Positions 22,559 to 33,934 are shown, numbered from the stretch's first letter. The stretch is DNA of 64,000 bases from an uncultured Microthrixaceae bacterium (GCA_963701565.1 CAVPAN010000016.1:129272-193271); one strand, 5' to 3'. Numbers and translations: made by a program. Notes: generated by a model not told the origin, from the letters alone.

Positions 22559-23836
22559 TCAGGCGTTGGCCGGGGCCCGCATGGCGTCGCTCTGGGTGAA
22601 GAACAGGTAGGCGACGCGGTCGACCATCGCGACGTCGAGCAGCCGGTCCATGTCCTCGTAGTCACTGATCGAGCACACCAGCTCACAGACCACGGCGGGA
22701 AGGTACGGGCGCAGGTCCCCGTCACCCTTCTCACGGCTGACCGCACGGAGGTGTTCGGCCGCGCCGGGACCGACGGTGACGCCGGCCGCGCCGGCGACCC
22801 CGTGGAGGATCTGGTCGAACTGCTCGTCGTTGATCGACGGGATGAGCACCTTGCTGCGGATGCGGCGGAAGAAGGCCTCGTCGGCGAGGTTCGACGGCTC
22901 CATGTTCGTCGAGAAGACGATCTTGGTGAGGCAGGGGAGCTCGAACTTCAATCCGTTGTCGAGCGTGAGGTAGTCGATGCCGCGATCGAGCGGGACGATC
23001 CAACGGTTCAGGAGCTCCTCAGGGGTGAGCGACTGTCGGCCGAAGTCGTCGATCACGAGGATCCCGTTGTTGGCCTGTATCTGCAACGGGGCGGCGTAGA
23101 TCCCCGCGGTTCGGGTCGTAGCTCAGATCCAGCTGGGATGCGTGGAGCTCACCACCGACGATCACGCTCGGCCGCTTGCAGAGGACCCAGCGCGGGATCC
23201 AGGCCCTTGGGCTGGGGATCGACCGGCCGGTGGAGGACCGGATCGAACACCGTGATGATCTGGCCGTCGACCTCGATGGCCCTGGGCACGACGACCTGGT
23301 CGTCGTGGACCCGGATCAGACGCTCGGCGATCGAGGACTTGCCCGTCCCCGGGGGGCCGTAGAGGAAGATCGCGCCCTTGGCCAGGATCGCGGGACCGAG
23401 CTCATCGAGGAGGCGGTCGCTGATGACCAGGTCGGTGAACGCGGCGCGGATCGTGTCGTGGTGGATCTTCGGCTGGCGGTGTTGCCCCCGGACCACCTGG
23501 GCGTAGTCCGCGAGGGGCACCGGCACGGCGCCGGCATACCGGCAGAGCTTCATGCGATCGATCGCCTGTGCCCGTCCGAGGTCCGTGACGCCCAGCTTCA
23601 GGTTGCGGCCTTCAAGGCCGGTGACCTCCAGCAGGCTCTCCCGGCGCAGGTGCTCGACCGCCGTCTCCATCAGACAGCGGCGTGACGGCGAGGCCGGTCG
23701 CCAGTTGCATCGTCGACGTGTGACCGTCGAGCAGGGCCCGGCGCAGCACGATGTCGAGGGTCATCGACTCGGGCACCCCGAGCGCGGTGACGTGCTTGGG
23801 TGCCGTGAAGTCGACCACGGTCACGGTCACCGTCAT
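22559..23836 (-). CDS. AAA+ ATPase (frameshifted)
   Basis: YAGAVPVPL, Walker A GPPGTGKS, ANNGILVIDDFGRQ, LLNRWIVPL, FSTN, DEAFFRRI. Confidence 0.85.
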
Positions 23837-24092
23837 CGTCGCCCGCTCCGGGGCCACGTGCCGGTCACCGTTCTGCCGGGCGGAGTTGTTGGTGGGCGAG
23901 CGGTCCGGTGCATGTCGCCAGCACCTTCGACAGGTTCGCCCCGAGATGAAGCGATCGAGGAGATTCGGGCCATTCGACCTACGTCAGCACACGATCGTCG
24001 ACCACCCGGTCACCGTCACGCTCCAGGTGTCCGGCTTGCGCATGACCCGCACGATGCTGGTCCCTGTCCGTGACCTCTGATGATGGGCCAGG

Positions 24093-25526
24093 ATGACGCC
24101 CGTGGAGACCGACTATCTCGTCGTCGGGGCCGGTGCCGTGGCCATGGCGTTCGTCGATGGCCTGATCGAGGATCCGGACGTCGATGTGATCATGCTCGAC
24201 CGTCGGCCCGGCCCGGGTGGGCACTGGCTGGACGCCTATCCCTTCGTGCGATTGCACCAACCGTCCGCCAACTACGGCGTCAACTCGACGGCGCTCGGTC
24301 ACGATCGCATCGACCACGACGGCCCCAACCAGGGCTTCCAGGAGCTGGCCGGCGGCGATGAGATCTGTGGATACTTCGACGGGGTGATGCGGCACCGTCT
24401 CCTGCCGTCGGGCCGGGTCCGCTTCTTCCCGATGAGCGAGTACCTCGGCGATCGGCGCTTCCGGTCGCTCCTCACGGGCCGGGAGTCCGAGGTGGCCGTG
24501 CGTCGCCGCATCGTCGACGCGACCGTCCTGGCGTCCCACGTGCCCGCGACGGAGCCGCCACCGTTCGAGGTCGACGACGACGCCCGCTGCCTGCCCGTCG
24601 GGGAGCTGGTCCGGGTCACCGACCCACCCGCCGGCTTCGTGATCATCGGCGCGGGCAAGACGGCGATGGACGCGTGCACCTGGCTGCTCGAACAGGGCAC
24701 TCCGCCCGAGGCCATCACCTGGATCCGGCCCCGCGACGGGTGGCTGATGAACCGGGCCAACTTCCAACCCGGCCCCGGCGCCATCGAAACCCTACGGGGC
24801 GTCGTCCACGAGCTCGAGGCCGTGGCGACGTCCGACTCCGTGGACGAGGTCTACGACCGGCTCGAGCAGGCCGGGGTGATGCTCCGCCTCGACCCGGCGG
24901 TGCGGCCGACGATGGCCAAGGGCCCCACCCTGAGCCTCGCCGAGCTGCAGGGGCTGCGCCGGATCGAGAACGTCGTCCGCCTGGGTCACGTGCGCCGCAT
25001 CGAGGGTGACCACGATCGTCCTCGACGAAGGTGTCGATCCCGACGAGCCCCCGTCACCTCCACGTCCACTGCGCGGCCCCCGGCCTGCCCCGAGTGCCGC
25101 CGCGCCCGATCTTCACCGACGACGCGATCACCCTGCAGTGCATCACCCGCATGCACCCGACGCTCTCCGCAGCCCTGGCCGGCTATCCTCGAGACGACCG
25201 ACCGGTCGACCAGCGAGAAGAACCGGCTCCTGCCGCCGAACCCTTACTCCGACACGCCCTTCGACTTCCTGCGAGCGGTGATCATGGGGCTGCACGCGGA
25301 GGTGCGATGGGCGGCGGAGCCGGACGTGCAGGCCTGGCTCGACGCCTCGCGCCTCAACGTGGTGAAGGACGTGGCGTCGACCGACGACCACGACGAGCTG
25401 CGCGACCTGCAGGGCCGGTTCCTGACCGCGATCTTCCCTGCCCTGGAGAAGCTCCGTGCCTTCCGGGCCGTCGCCGGCCCCGCCGAACAGGAGCTCATGT
25501 TCGACCCGGACCTCACCGACGAGTGA
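24093..25526 (+). CDS. NAD(P)/FAD-dependent oxidoreductase (compensating frameshifts ~25010-25190)
   Basis: DYLVVGAG, PGGHWLDAYPFVRLHQPS, GAGKTAMD. Confidence 0.85.
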   Translation: MTPVETDYLVVGAGAVAMAFVDGLIEDPDVDVIMLDRRPGPGGHWLDAYPFVRLHQPSANYGVNSTALGHDRIDHDGPNQGFQELAGGDEICGYFDGVMRHRLLPSGRVRFFPMSEYLGDRRFRSLLTGRESEVAVRRRIVDATVLASHVPATEPPPFEVDDDARCLPVGELVRVTDPPAGFVIIGAGKTAMDACTWLLEQGTPPEAITWIRPRDGWLMNRANFQPGPGAIETLRGVVHELEAVATSDSVDEVYDRLEQAGVMLRLDPAVRPTMAKGPTLSLAELQGLRRIENVVRLGHVRRIEGDHDRPRRRCRSRRAPVTSTSTARPPACPECRRARSSPTTRSPCSASPACTRRSPQPWPAILETTDRSTSEKNRLLPPNPYSDTPFDFLRAVIMGLHAEVRWAAEPDVQAWLDASRLNVVKDVASTDDHDELRDLQGRFLTAIFPALEKLRAFRAVAGPAEQELMFDPDLTDE

Positions 25527-25560
25527 CCACGGTTGCCGGCGGGGAGCACCGACGCCGCGC

Positions 25561-26595
25561 CTACTGGGTCAGGTCGGTGAGGACCGCACGGCCGAGGTAG
25601 GCGCCGGCCTCGAGCTCCTCGAAGATCGCCGGGACGTCGGAGAGGCTCCCGGTGCGGGAGACGTGTGTCCTCACCTTCCCCGCGGCGGCGAGGTCGACGA
25701 GCTCGCGCATCTCCTGCACCGTGCCGACCGCGGAGAAGATGAGCGTCGGGTCCCGCCAGAAGAACTCGAACGGGCTGATCTCGAAGTTGCCGTCACTGGT
25801 CGGAGGCAGCCCGACGCCGATGAAGAGACCCCTCTGGCGCAACAGCTGCAGGCCGAGCTGGAAGCCGGCCACCCGGGCGGCGAACACGAGCACCGCGTCG
25901 ATACCACCCTCGGCCTGGGCCACCCCCGCGGCCTCATCGGCGCTCACCGCACGCTCCGCGCCGAGGGAGCGGACGAACTCGAGGCGCTCCTCCCCGACGT
26001 CGACGCCGAGCACCCGGTAGCCGAAGGCGTTGAGGATCTGGACGGCGTAGTGCCCGAGGCCACCTGCCGCGCCGATCACCCCGATGGTGCGTCCGGGCGG
26101 GATGCCGTGGGCCATGAGCTTGCGCACCGCGCTGTAGGCCGTCAGGCCCCCGCACGCCAGGGGCGCCTCGTCGTCGGCGAGGCCGTCGGGGATCGGAACC
26201 AGGGCCTTGGCCCAGATGCAGTACTGCTCGGCGAAGGTGCCCATCACGGTCTGGGCCTGCGGGCAGTGCCGGGGCCGGCCGCCGAGGCAGTACTCGCAGG
26301 CGCCGCACCAGTAGGCGCCTCCCGCTCCGCCGAGGCCGAGGATCACCCGCTGGCCGACCTGCACGAACTGGTCGGCACCGGGTCCGAGCCGCTCGACCAC
26401 CCCGATCGCCTCGTGGCCGAGCTGCGGGGTCGACACCCCCATCCAGTCCCCTCGGGCGAGGTGGAGATCGGAGTGGCACACCCCCGAGGCGCTGATGCGG
26501 ATCAGGGCCTGGTCCGCCCCCGGCTCCGGCACGGGGAGGTCACCGACGCTCAGCTCGCCGTCGGTGACCAGGACCGCCTTCATGCTGTCGCTCAT
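25561..26595 (-). CDS. zinc-dependent alcohol dehydrogenase
   Basis: GVCHSDLH, GHE, CGACEYC..C, APLACGGLTAY, GAAGGLG. Confidence 0.92.
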   Translation of the reverse strand: MSDSMKAVLVTDGELSVGDLPVPEPGADQALIRISASGVCHSDLHLARGDWMGVSTPQLGHEAIGVVERLGPGADQFVQVGQRVILGLGGAGGAYWCGACEYCLGGRPRHCPQAQTVMGTFAEQYCIWAKALVPIPDGLADDEAPLACGGLTAYSAVRKLMAHGIPPGRTIGVIGAAGGLGHYAVQILNAFGYRVLGVDVGEERLEFVRSLGAERAVSADEAAGVAQAEGGIDAVLVFAARVAGFQLGLQLLRQRGLFIGVGLPPTSDGNFEISPFEFFWRDPTLIFSAVGTVQEMRELVDLAAAGKVRTHVSRTGSLSDVPAIFEELEAGAYLGRAVLTDLTQ

Positions 26596-26789
26596 GGCCC
26601 GACAGTAGAACCGATCCTCGGCGGGCGAGGCCGCCTCCGCACTGGGGCACGGGCGATACCGGGCTCGAACCCGCCTGGCGACCCGGACACGAGTGGCCTC
26701 GGCCGCGGGCGGGGTCCGCGATGCCGTGCCCTTCGGCCCCACCCGGCCGCGTGGGGCTTCAGCAGTGTGACGGGGGCAGGAGGTGGACG

Positions 26790-27679
26790 GTGCTGGCGTT
26801 TGACACAGCCGCGAAGAGGTTCGGTGACCTGGCGGCGCTCGACGGTTGCACCTTCGCCGCCCGGCCGGGACGGCTCACCGGCTTCCTGGGACCCAACGGC
26901 GCAGGCAAGACGACAGCCATGCGGGCCGTGTTCGGGCTCGTGGAGCTCGATGGCGGTCGGGTGTTGTGGCAGGGCGAGCCGATCGGGGTGGCCGAACGGG
27001 CCAGGTTCGGCTACATGCCGGAGGAGCGGGGTCTCTACCCACGCATGCGGGTACGGGAGCAGCTCGTCTACCTCGCCCGGTTGTGCGGGCGCACGAGCTC
27101 GGACGCGGGCCGGACGGTGGACACCTGGCTCAAGCAACGCCTCGGGCTCACCGACCGGGCGGTGACCGCCTCGACACGCTCTCCCACGGCAACCAGCAGC
27201 GGGTGCAGCTGATCGCTGCGCTGGTCAACGAGCCCGACCTGCTCGTACTCGACGAGCCGTTCTCCGGTCTCGATCCCATCGCCATGGGGGTCATGGCCGA
27301 CCTGCTCACCGACGTGGCGGCGACCGGCGCGACCGTCCTGTTCTCCAGCCACCAACTCGACCTGGTCGAGGATCTCTGCGAGGACGTCGTCATCATCGAC
27401 CGTGGCCGAGTGGTCCTGGCCGGCGAGCTCGACGAGCTGCGGGCAGGGGTGGCCCAGCGGTTCGTCGACATCCACTTCCGCCGGGCCGACCCCGGCCTGG
27501 CCCGAGTCAGCGAGGGCGGAGGTAGTCGAGGCGACGGACGGCCGGGCCCGCCTTCGAGTCGACCGGCACACCGATCTGGCCGCGCTCGTGGCCGCCGCGC
27601 AGGGTGCCGACGAGATCCTCTCGTTCGCCTACGAGCCCCGACCCTGTCCGAGCTGTTCCGCGAGGCGGTGACAGCGTGA
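26790..27679 (+). CDS. ABC transporter ATP-binding protein (frameshifted)
   Basis: GPNGAGKTT, GYMPEERGLYP, LSHGNQQR, LDEPFSGLDP, SSH. Confidence 0.9.
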
Positions 27680-28869
27680 GCGGACTTCGGCAGGGATGGC
27701 TGGTCGCCCAGCGGGAATTGCGCGAGCGGAGCCGCTCGAAGGCCTTCCTCGCCGGCCTCGCCCTGATGATCGTGGTCGTCGTCGCGGCGATCGTGGTGCC
27801 CGACGCGGTCGGGGACGCCGGCCCCGTCACCAGGGACGTCGGGGTGACCGGCGCCACCCCCGAGGGGGTGCCGCCGCCATTGTCGAGCAGGGCGAGGCGG
27901 TCGAGGTCACGGTGCGGGTGCACCACTACGACGACGAGGCGTCCGGAGAGGACGCCGTTCGCGACGAGGACATCGACGTCCTCGTGGTCGACGGCCGGCG
28001 ACTGGCCTGGCGGAGCGAGGTCGACGAGCGGCTGAGCATCGTGGTCACGGGTGCCATCCAGGTGGACGCCGTGCAGCAGCGGGCCGCATCGGCCGGCATC
28101 GACCCCGACGAGCTCCTCGCCCTGGTCGCCCCCGGTGCCGGTGGAGGACGTCGAGCTCGGCCTGGTCGCCGGCCGCAGTCCCGACAACGAGACTGCGGCC
28201 ACGGTGATGAGCACCCTGCTGCTCCTGGCGACGACCTACGGCAATCTCGTGCTGACGGGCGTCGTGGAAGAGAAGACCAGCCGGGTCATCGAGGTGCTGC
28301 TGGCCCGCATGCCTGCCCGCAACCTGCTCACGGGCAAGGTCGCCGGCATCGGGCTCCTCGGCTTCGGCCAGTTTCACGCTGACCGCCGTCGCCGCCCTCG
28401 TCGCCGCGATGGTGGTCGACTCCGTCGACATCCCGGCCGTCAGTGCCGGCGTGCTCGCCTCGGTCGTCGCGTGGTTCGTACTCGGCTATGCCCTCTACGC
28501 CATGGCGTACGGCGCCCTCGGCTCACTCGCCTCACGGGCCCAAGGGCACGTCCAGTGCCGCCGGACCGGTGAGTTACGTCCTGATCGCCGCCTACTGGGC
28601 CTCGCTGGTGGCTGTCGGCGAGGACCCGGACAGCTCGGATCGTCCCCTCCTCGCCTCGTTCTTCCCCCCTGACCGCACCGTTCGCCATGCCGGGGCGGGT
28701 TGAGTTGGGCGTCACTGCCGGGTGGGAACCTGTGCTCTCGGCCGCCCTGAGCACCGCGGCAATCGCCGGCCTCGTGGTGTTCGCCGGCCGGGTCTACACC
28801 GGTGCCATGCTCCACTCGGGCTCGACCCTCCGGCTGCGGGACGCCTGGCGAGGCGCATCCGAGCGGTGA
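27676..28869 (+). CDS. ABC-2 type permease (frameshifted)
   Basis: LVAQRELRER, GVVEEKTSRVIEVLL, GKVAGIG, multiple TMs; translationally coupled to the ATPase. Confidence 0.85.
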
Positions 28870-29052
28870 GCGCCGGCGGAGCGGTACCCGACCCTCCGGG
28901 TCTGCGCCTCGGCGGCTGTCCCGCCTTATCTCCGCCCTCCGAACGACCTGCGGCGCTTGACGACGTTCGCCCGGAGCACGACCAGCCCCGGGCAGGCATC
29001 GACGTCCGCCGCCAACGCTTCACGTTGTTCGTCGCCCGGACAGAGGGGGTCG

Positions 29053-29321
29053 ATGGCGCAGGAGGCGCAGGCGCTGGTCGAGCGGGCGTTCCTGTTCACC
29101 GACCTGCAGGGCAGCACACGCGCCTGGGAGCCGAGCACCCGAGGCCGGGGCTGGACCCCGGCGAGGACGCCCGCCTCGACGAGACCTGGGACGCCGGCCA
29201 AGACGCCTGGGCGGCCCTGTCCTCTGACGCCACCATCCTCGTGGTTCCGGACACCGGCCACTACATCCACGTCGACCAGCCCCAGGTCGTCATCCAGCAG
29301 ATCCAGTCGCTGCTCACGTGA
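29053..29321 (+). pseudogene. chimeric remnant: class III cyclase N-terminal fragment joined to alpha/beta-hydrolase C-terminal fragment
   Basis: FLFTDLQGSTRAWE, then in another frame DTGHYIHVDQPQVV..LT*. Confidence 0.55.
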
Positions 29322-29453
29322 ATTGCCATCGGCCTGTGGCCGAGCGTTGGTGACAGGTTGGATCTGAGGGGTGGCCCGATGCCTCGGGCCACCCCTCAGC
29401 ACCACAGCCGGGAACATCCCTACAGGAGGAACCACCTCGCTAGCGTGACCACT

Positions 29454-31292
29454 ATGCCGGGGTGGCGTGGGCGGAAGGTTGTGACCCTGTTCCTGGCCGT
29501 CATCACCACGCTCGGCGCCGTCGTCGCCGTCGACCCGGCGCAGGGCCGGGCCGATCCCCCGGCGGTGACCATCCCGGCGACCACCGCACCGCCCACGACC
29601 GTCCCCGCCACGACCGTCCCGCCGACGACCGTCTCACCGACGACGGCCCCGGCCACGACCGTCTCACCGACGACGGTCCCTGCAGTCACCACCGGATCCG
29701 AGGTCCCGGAGGTGCGGGTCGACCTCGCGGTGCGCCGGGCGCCCGGGGGCCCGTGGCTCGGCGCGGGCGTCGACACCTCGGGCGTACCCCTGACCATCGA
29801 TGTCCCCGCCCGGACCGGCCGGGCGGCGAACGTCACCTTTCGGGTGCGCCACAACGGCGCGGTCACGACGACGATCGGCTTGCATGCGCTCGGGTACGAC
29901 CCGCGCGCCTTCGTGCGGTGGCGACTGGCCGGGCGCGATGTCACCCGCGCCGTGCGCCTCGGCGAGCTGCGGCTGCGAATCGCGCCGGGCGCTCACCGCG
30001 ACCTCACCCTCGTCGTGGGCCTCAGGGCCACCACGCCGGACCGCTTCAGCCTCGGTCGCACACTGACCGCCGACGTCACGGGCTCCGACTCCCGGGATCG
30101 GATCCGGGCCGTCGTGTGGCGGGGACCGGTGCCCGTGCGCTTCCACGACGTGGGTCTCGCCCTGGGTCTCCCCCGTCTCAGCCACAGCTTCGACCTCGAC
30201 GCCGGGCCGATCGACGACGACGGCGTCGACGACCTGGTCCTGGCCACCCACGGGCACGTCGAGGTCCGCCTCAACCGCCAGCCCGGCCTCGAACCCGTCT
30301 TCGCCAACACGGTCGGCGATCTGCATGCCTGTGCTGTCGGTGATGCCAACCGCGACGGCCGCTCCGACGTCTACTGCACGCGGGGCGTGATGCGGGGCAC
30401 CGGCTCAGCGTCGAACGGCCTCTGGCTCCAGGGCGGGAACCTGACGTTCACGAACCGGGCGGGGCAGTACGGCGTCACCGACCCCTTCGGCCGCGGGCGG
30501 TTCCCGACCTTCGTAGATCTCGATCACCGATGGGGCATCGACCTCTTCGTCGGCAACGAGCACCCCCGCCAAGACAGCGAACGATCACTGAACCACACCT
30601 TCCTGCACGCCCAGGGCGACGCCTTCGTCGACGCCTGGCTCGGCCTGCGCCGCGGCATCGGTGGCCTGTGCGTACAGGCCTTCGACCAGGACGGCAACGG
30701 CTGGGCCGACCTCCTGGTCTGCGGCGGGGCCGGACCCGCGACCACTGGTTGGCACCCCTCGCTCAATGAGCTCCACCTCTTCCGCAACCTCCAGGGTCCG
30801 GGCGGCGGCCGCCGCTTGGTCGACGTGGCGCACCGCCTCGGCATCGACTTCGGGGGGGTCGAGGCCGCCCGGCTGGCGCACATGAACGGAGACCGCCACC
30901 CCGACCTCGTGGTGGCCACCCGGTCCTCGCTCACCATCTGGCCCGGCCTGAACGGCGGACACTTCGGCCTCCCGGTCCTCCGCGAAAGGCTCCGCGCCGG
31001 CCACGGCGTCACCCTGGCGGACGTCGACGGCCGCCGCGGCCTCGATGTCTTCGTGGTGCAGGGCTGCGGAGGCCCCCAGAACGTCAACATCGACGACCGG
31101 CTCTACCTCGACACCGGGCCCGGGTGGAGCTGGGACCGCGCCCGGCTGCCCACGGGCATCGCCGGCTGCGGCGATACGGCCGAGGCGCTCGACGTGGACG
31201 GCGACGGCGTGGACGACCTCGTGGTCGGCAACGGCCGGTGGTCGGCCGAGGGCCCGATCCAGGCCCTGACCTCCGGGCGCTACTGGGGCTGA
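29454..31292 (+). CDS. secreted FG-GAP/VCBS repeat protein with Thr/Pro linker and an unnamed beta domain
   Basis: Signal peptide, TTVPP/TTVSP repeats, DDDGVDDL, DANRDGRSD, DQDGNGWADL, DVDGDGVDDL. Confidence 0.85.
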   Translation: MPGWRGRKVVTLFLAVITTLGAVVAVDPAQGRADPPAVTIPATTAPPTTVPATTVPPTTVSPTTAPATTVSPTTVPAVTTGSEVPEVRVDLAVRRAPGGPWLGAGVDTSGVPLTIDVPARTGRAANVTFRVRHNGAVTTTIGLHALGYDPRAFVRWRLAGRDVTRAVRLGELRLRIAPGAHRDLTLVVGLRATTPDRFSLGRTLTADVTGSDSRDRIRAVVWRGPVPVRFHDVGLALGLPRLSHSFDLDAGPIDDDGVDDLVLATHGHVEVRLNRQPGLEPVFANTVGDLHACAVGDANRDGRSDVYCTRGVMRGTGSASNGLWLQGGNLTFTNRAGQYGVTDPFGRGRFPTFVDLDHRWGIDLFVGNEHPRQDSERSLNHTFLHAQGDAFVDAWLGLRRGIGGLCVQAFDQDGNGWADLLVCGGAGPATTGWHPSLNELHLFRNLQGPGGGRRLVDVAHRLGIDFGGVEAARLAHMNGDRHPDLVVATRSSLTIWPGLNGGHFGLPVLRERLRAGHGVTLADVDGRRGLDVFVVQGCGGPQNVNIDDRLYLDTGPGWSWDRARLPTGIAGCGDTAEALDVDGDGVDDLVVGNGRWSAEGPIQALTSGRYWG

Positions 31293-31372
31293 GCCTCGAT
31301 GGAGACCACTGGCCCGCTGCCGTCGACGGGCGTAGCGTGCCGGTCGAGAATGACAAGGTTGGGGGGACCGGT

Positions 31373-32704
31373 ATGGACGTGATCCGACCAGAGGACGCCG
31401 ACTACGACGAGTTGCGCACCGTCTTCAACTCGATGGTGGACAAGCGCCCGGCGGTGATTGCCCAGTGCGCAACACCGGATGATGTGGTGGCGGCGCTGGC
31501 GATGGCCCGCGCCGAGGGCCATGAGGTGGCGGTTCGGGCCGGAGGCCACTCGGTGGCGGGAATGTGCCTGAACGACGGTGGCCTGGTCATCGACGTACGC
31601 CCGATGAAACAGGCGGAGGTGGATCCGGGCGGGCGCACGATCCAGGCAGGAGCGGGTCTGACCTGGGGGGAGTTCGATCGTGCCACCCAGGCCCATGGCC
31701 TGGCCACCACCGGCGGACGGGTGTCGACCACAGGGATCGCGGGGTTGACCCTCGGCGGGGGGTCGGGATGGCTGGAGCGCGCGTATGGCCTGACCTGTGA
31801 CAACCTCCGCTCCGTCGACCTGGTCACCGCCGACGGGAAGTTCGTCACCGCCAGCGACACCGAGCACCCCGATCTCTTCTGGGCGCTGCACGGTGGCGGA
31901 GGCAACTTCGGGGTGGTCACCAGCTTCGAGTTCGCGCTGTATCCGGTGGGCCCGATCGTGCTCGCCGGGCTGATGCTCTGGCCGGGCGAGGCCGCGGGGG
32001 AGGTGGGCCGCGTGTTCCGGGATCTCGCGCCCGGATTGCCCCACGAACTCGGCTCGGCTCTGGTGTTTCTCACCGGCCCACCAGAAGAGTTCGTACCCGA
32101 GCACCTACAAGGAACAACCCTGGTGGGCCTTGCCCTGTGCTGGGCCGGAGCCCCCGCCGCGGGCGAGGACGTGATCCGCCCGTTCCGCGACCTCGGACCC
32201 GAGGTCGATCTCGTCGGCCCGATGCCCTATGCCGAGTTCAACTGCATGATCGATGACCCGCCCGGCATGCGGAACTACTGGACCGCCGACTACCACGAGG
32301 ACTTCCCCGACGACGCGCTCGACGTGTTCGTCTCCTCCGGGTCTCAACGACCCTCGCCACTCAGCCAACAACTCTTACTGCCCTGGGGCGGAGCCGTCGC
32401 CGCCGTCGACGACAACGCGACCCCGATGACCAAACGATCCGCACAATGGATCACCCATCCCTTCGCCGTCTGGGAAGACGCTCGCGACGACGACGCGAAC
32501 ATCGCGTGGGCACGCGGGTTCCGACAGGACATCGCCCGTTACGCGACCGGTGGCGTCTACCTCAACTTCATCGGCGACGAAGGCGAAGAACGCGTCCGCG
32601 CCGCATTCGGTCCCGAGAAGTACACCCGGCTCCAAGGAATCAAGGCCCAGTACGACCCCGGCAACATCTTCCACGGCAACCAGAACATCACCCCCGCCGC
32701 CTGA
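31373..32704 (+). CDS. FAD-binding oxidoreductase (FAD_binding_4 + BBE domain)
   Basis: RAGGHS, GGRVSTTGIAGLTLGGG, GGGGNFGVVT, YLNF..KAQYDPGNIF. Confidence 0.92.
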   Translation: MDVIRPEDADYDELRTVFNSMVDKRPAVIAQCATPDDVVAALAMARAEGHEVAVRAGGHSVAGMCLNDGGLVIDVRPMKQAEVDPGGRTIQAGAGLTWGEFDRATQAHGLATTGGRVSTTGIAGLTLGGGSGWLERAYGLTCDNLRSVDLVTADGKFVTASDTEHPDLFWALHGGGGNFGVVTSFEFALYPVGPIVLAGLMLWPGEAAGEVGRVFRDLAPGLPHELGSALVFLTGPPEEFVPEHLQGTTLVGLALCWAGAPAAGEDVIRPFRDLGPEVDLVGPMPYAEFNCMIDDPPGMRNYWTADYHEDFPDDALDVFVSSGSQRPSPLSQQLLLPWGGAVAAVDDNATPMTKRSAQWITHPFAVWEDARDDDANIAWARGFRQDIARYATGGVYLNFIGDEGEERVRAAFGPEKYTRLQGIKAQYDPGNIFHGNQNITPAA

Positions 32705-32742
32705 CGCCCCGACTCGGATCGGCCACCGGAGGTCTCGAGGAG

Positions 32743-33804
32743 GTGGGCGACGCCACCGATGACCTCGCCGGCCTCTGGCGCTGGTTCGGTGAGCATCAGT
32801 TCCGGGGCTACTCGCCGATCTACGAGCGCATCGCCGACGCGGTGGCAGGCGACCCGGAGGTGCTCGGGCTGTTCAGCGAGGCGCCGCCGGGCGCGCACCT
32901 GCCGCCGGCGCCGCTGGGGGCCGTGCGCTACCTCCTGTTGGACGGCCTCGACCACCCCCTGGGTGAGGTGTACGGCGGGCGGTCGAGTGCCGACCCCGGG
33001 CCCCTCTTCCTCGATCTGTGCCGCGCCCATCGATCCGACCTCCTCGCGTTGCTGCAGACAAGGCGGGTGCAGACGAACGACTGCGGACGCAGCGCGATAC
33101 TCGGACCAGCCCTCACGTGGGTCGCGGAGAGACTCCCGGGTCCCTACTGCCTCGTCGATGTGGGGGCCAGCGCGGGCATCAACCTCCTCTGCGACCGGTT
33201 CCGGCTGGACTACGGCCGCCACGGCACCACCGGTTCGAACGACTCGACCGTGCAGATCAGGTGTGAGGTGACGGGGGGCGATCCGCCCATCGCGGATCGG
33301 CTGCCGGCGCTCGCGCAGCGGGTGGGGATCGATCTCTCGCCGATCGACCTGTCCGACCCTGCCGACGCGCGATGGCTGCTCGCCTGCGTCTGGCCCGACA
33401 CGGGACGGGCCGAGCGGGTCCAGGCTTCCATCCGGCTGGCTCAGCAGGACATGCCGACGGTGGTCGCCGGTCGCGCGAACGCCGTGATCCCGAGCGTCAT
33501 CGCTGGTCTGCCCGCCGGCGCCACCGCGATCGTGACGACCACCTGGGCGTTCGGCTACTTCTCGGAGCAGGAGCGGGCGGAGTTCGTCGATCTGCTCTGC
33601 GCCGAGTCGGGGCGACGGCCCATCGCCTGGGTGAGCGCCGAGGGCACGGGCACCGTCGACGCCCTCGCTGCCGTCGGCGCCGGTGATCCGGAAGGTCCAG
33701 ACGTCCTGGGGGCGCTGCTGCTCGACGGCGGTGTCGGCACGGCCGACGTCCTCGCCCACGTGCATCCGCACGGAAACTGGATCGACTGGTCTGCGTCGTC
33801 CTGA
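32743..33804 (+). CDS. DUF2332 family protein
   Basis: YSPIYE, VQTNDCGRS, DVGASAGINL, GIDLSPID, WLLACVWP, HPHGNW. Confidence 0.85.
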   Translation: MGDATDDLAGLWRWFGEHQFRGYSPIYERIADAVAGDPEVLGLFSEAPPGAHLPPAPLGAVRYLLLDGLDHPLGEVYGGRSSADPGPLFLDLCRAHRSDLLALLQTRRVQTNDCGRSAILGPALTWVAERLPGPYCLVDVGASAGINLLCDRFRLDYGRHGTTGSNDSTVQIRCEVTGGDPPIADRLPALAQRVGIDLSPIDLSDPADARWLLACVWPDTGRAERVQASIRLAQQDMPTVVAGRANAVIPSVIAGLPAGATAIVTTTWAFGYFSEQERAEFVDLLCAESGRRPIAWVSAEGTGTVDALAAVGAGDPEGPDVLGALLLDGGVGTADVLAHVHPHGNWIDWSASS

Positions 33805-33934
33805 CCGGACGACGCTGCTTGGGTCCCCGACGCGCACCTGGCCACCCGCCGCCGTCCCGGCAGTGCCCTCGCCGCCGCGACCGCCTCGACATCGGGCTCG
33901 TGCTCCTCGTCCTCCACAGGGTCCTCCCGTGGTG

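Noticed and set aside
23880-24080. Possible small pilin gene beside the AAA ATPase
   Set aside because: No prepilin motif or hydrophobic helix found
29570-29695. 15-bp-period repeats
   Set aside because: They encode an ordinary Thr/Pro linker (TTVPP/TTVSP) in a secreted protein
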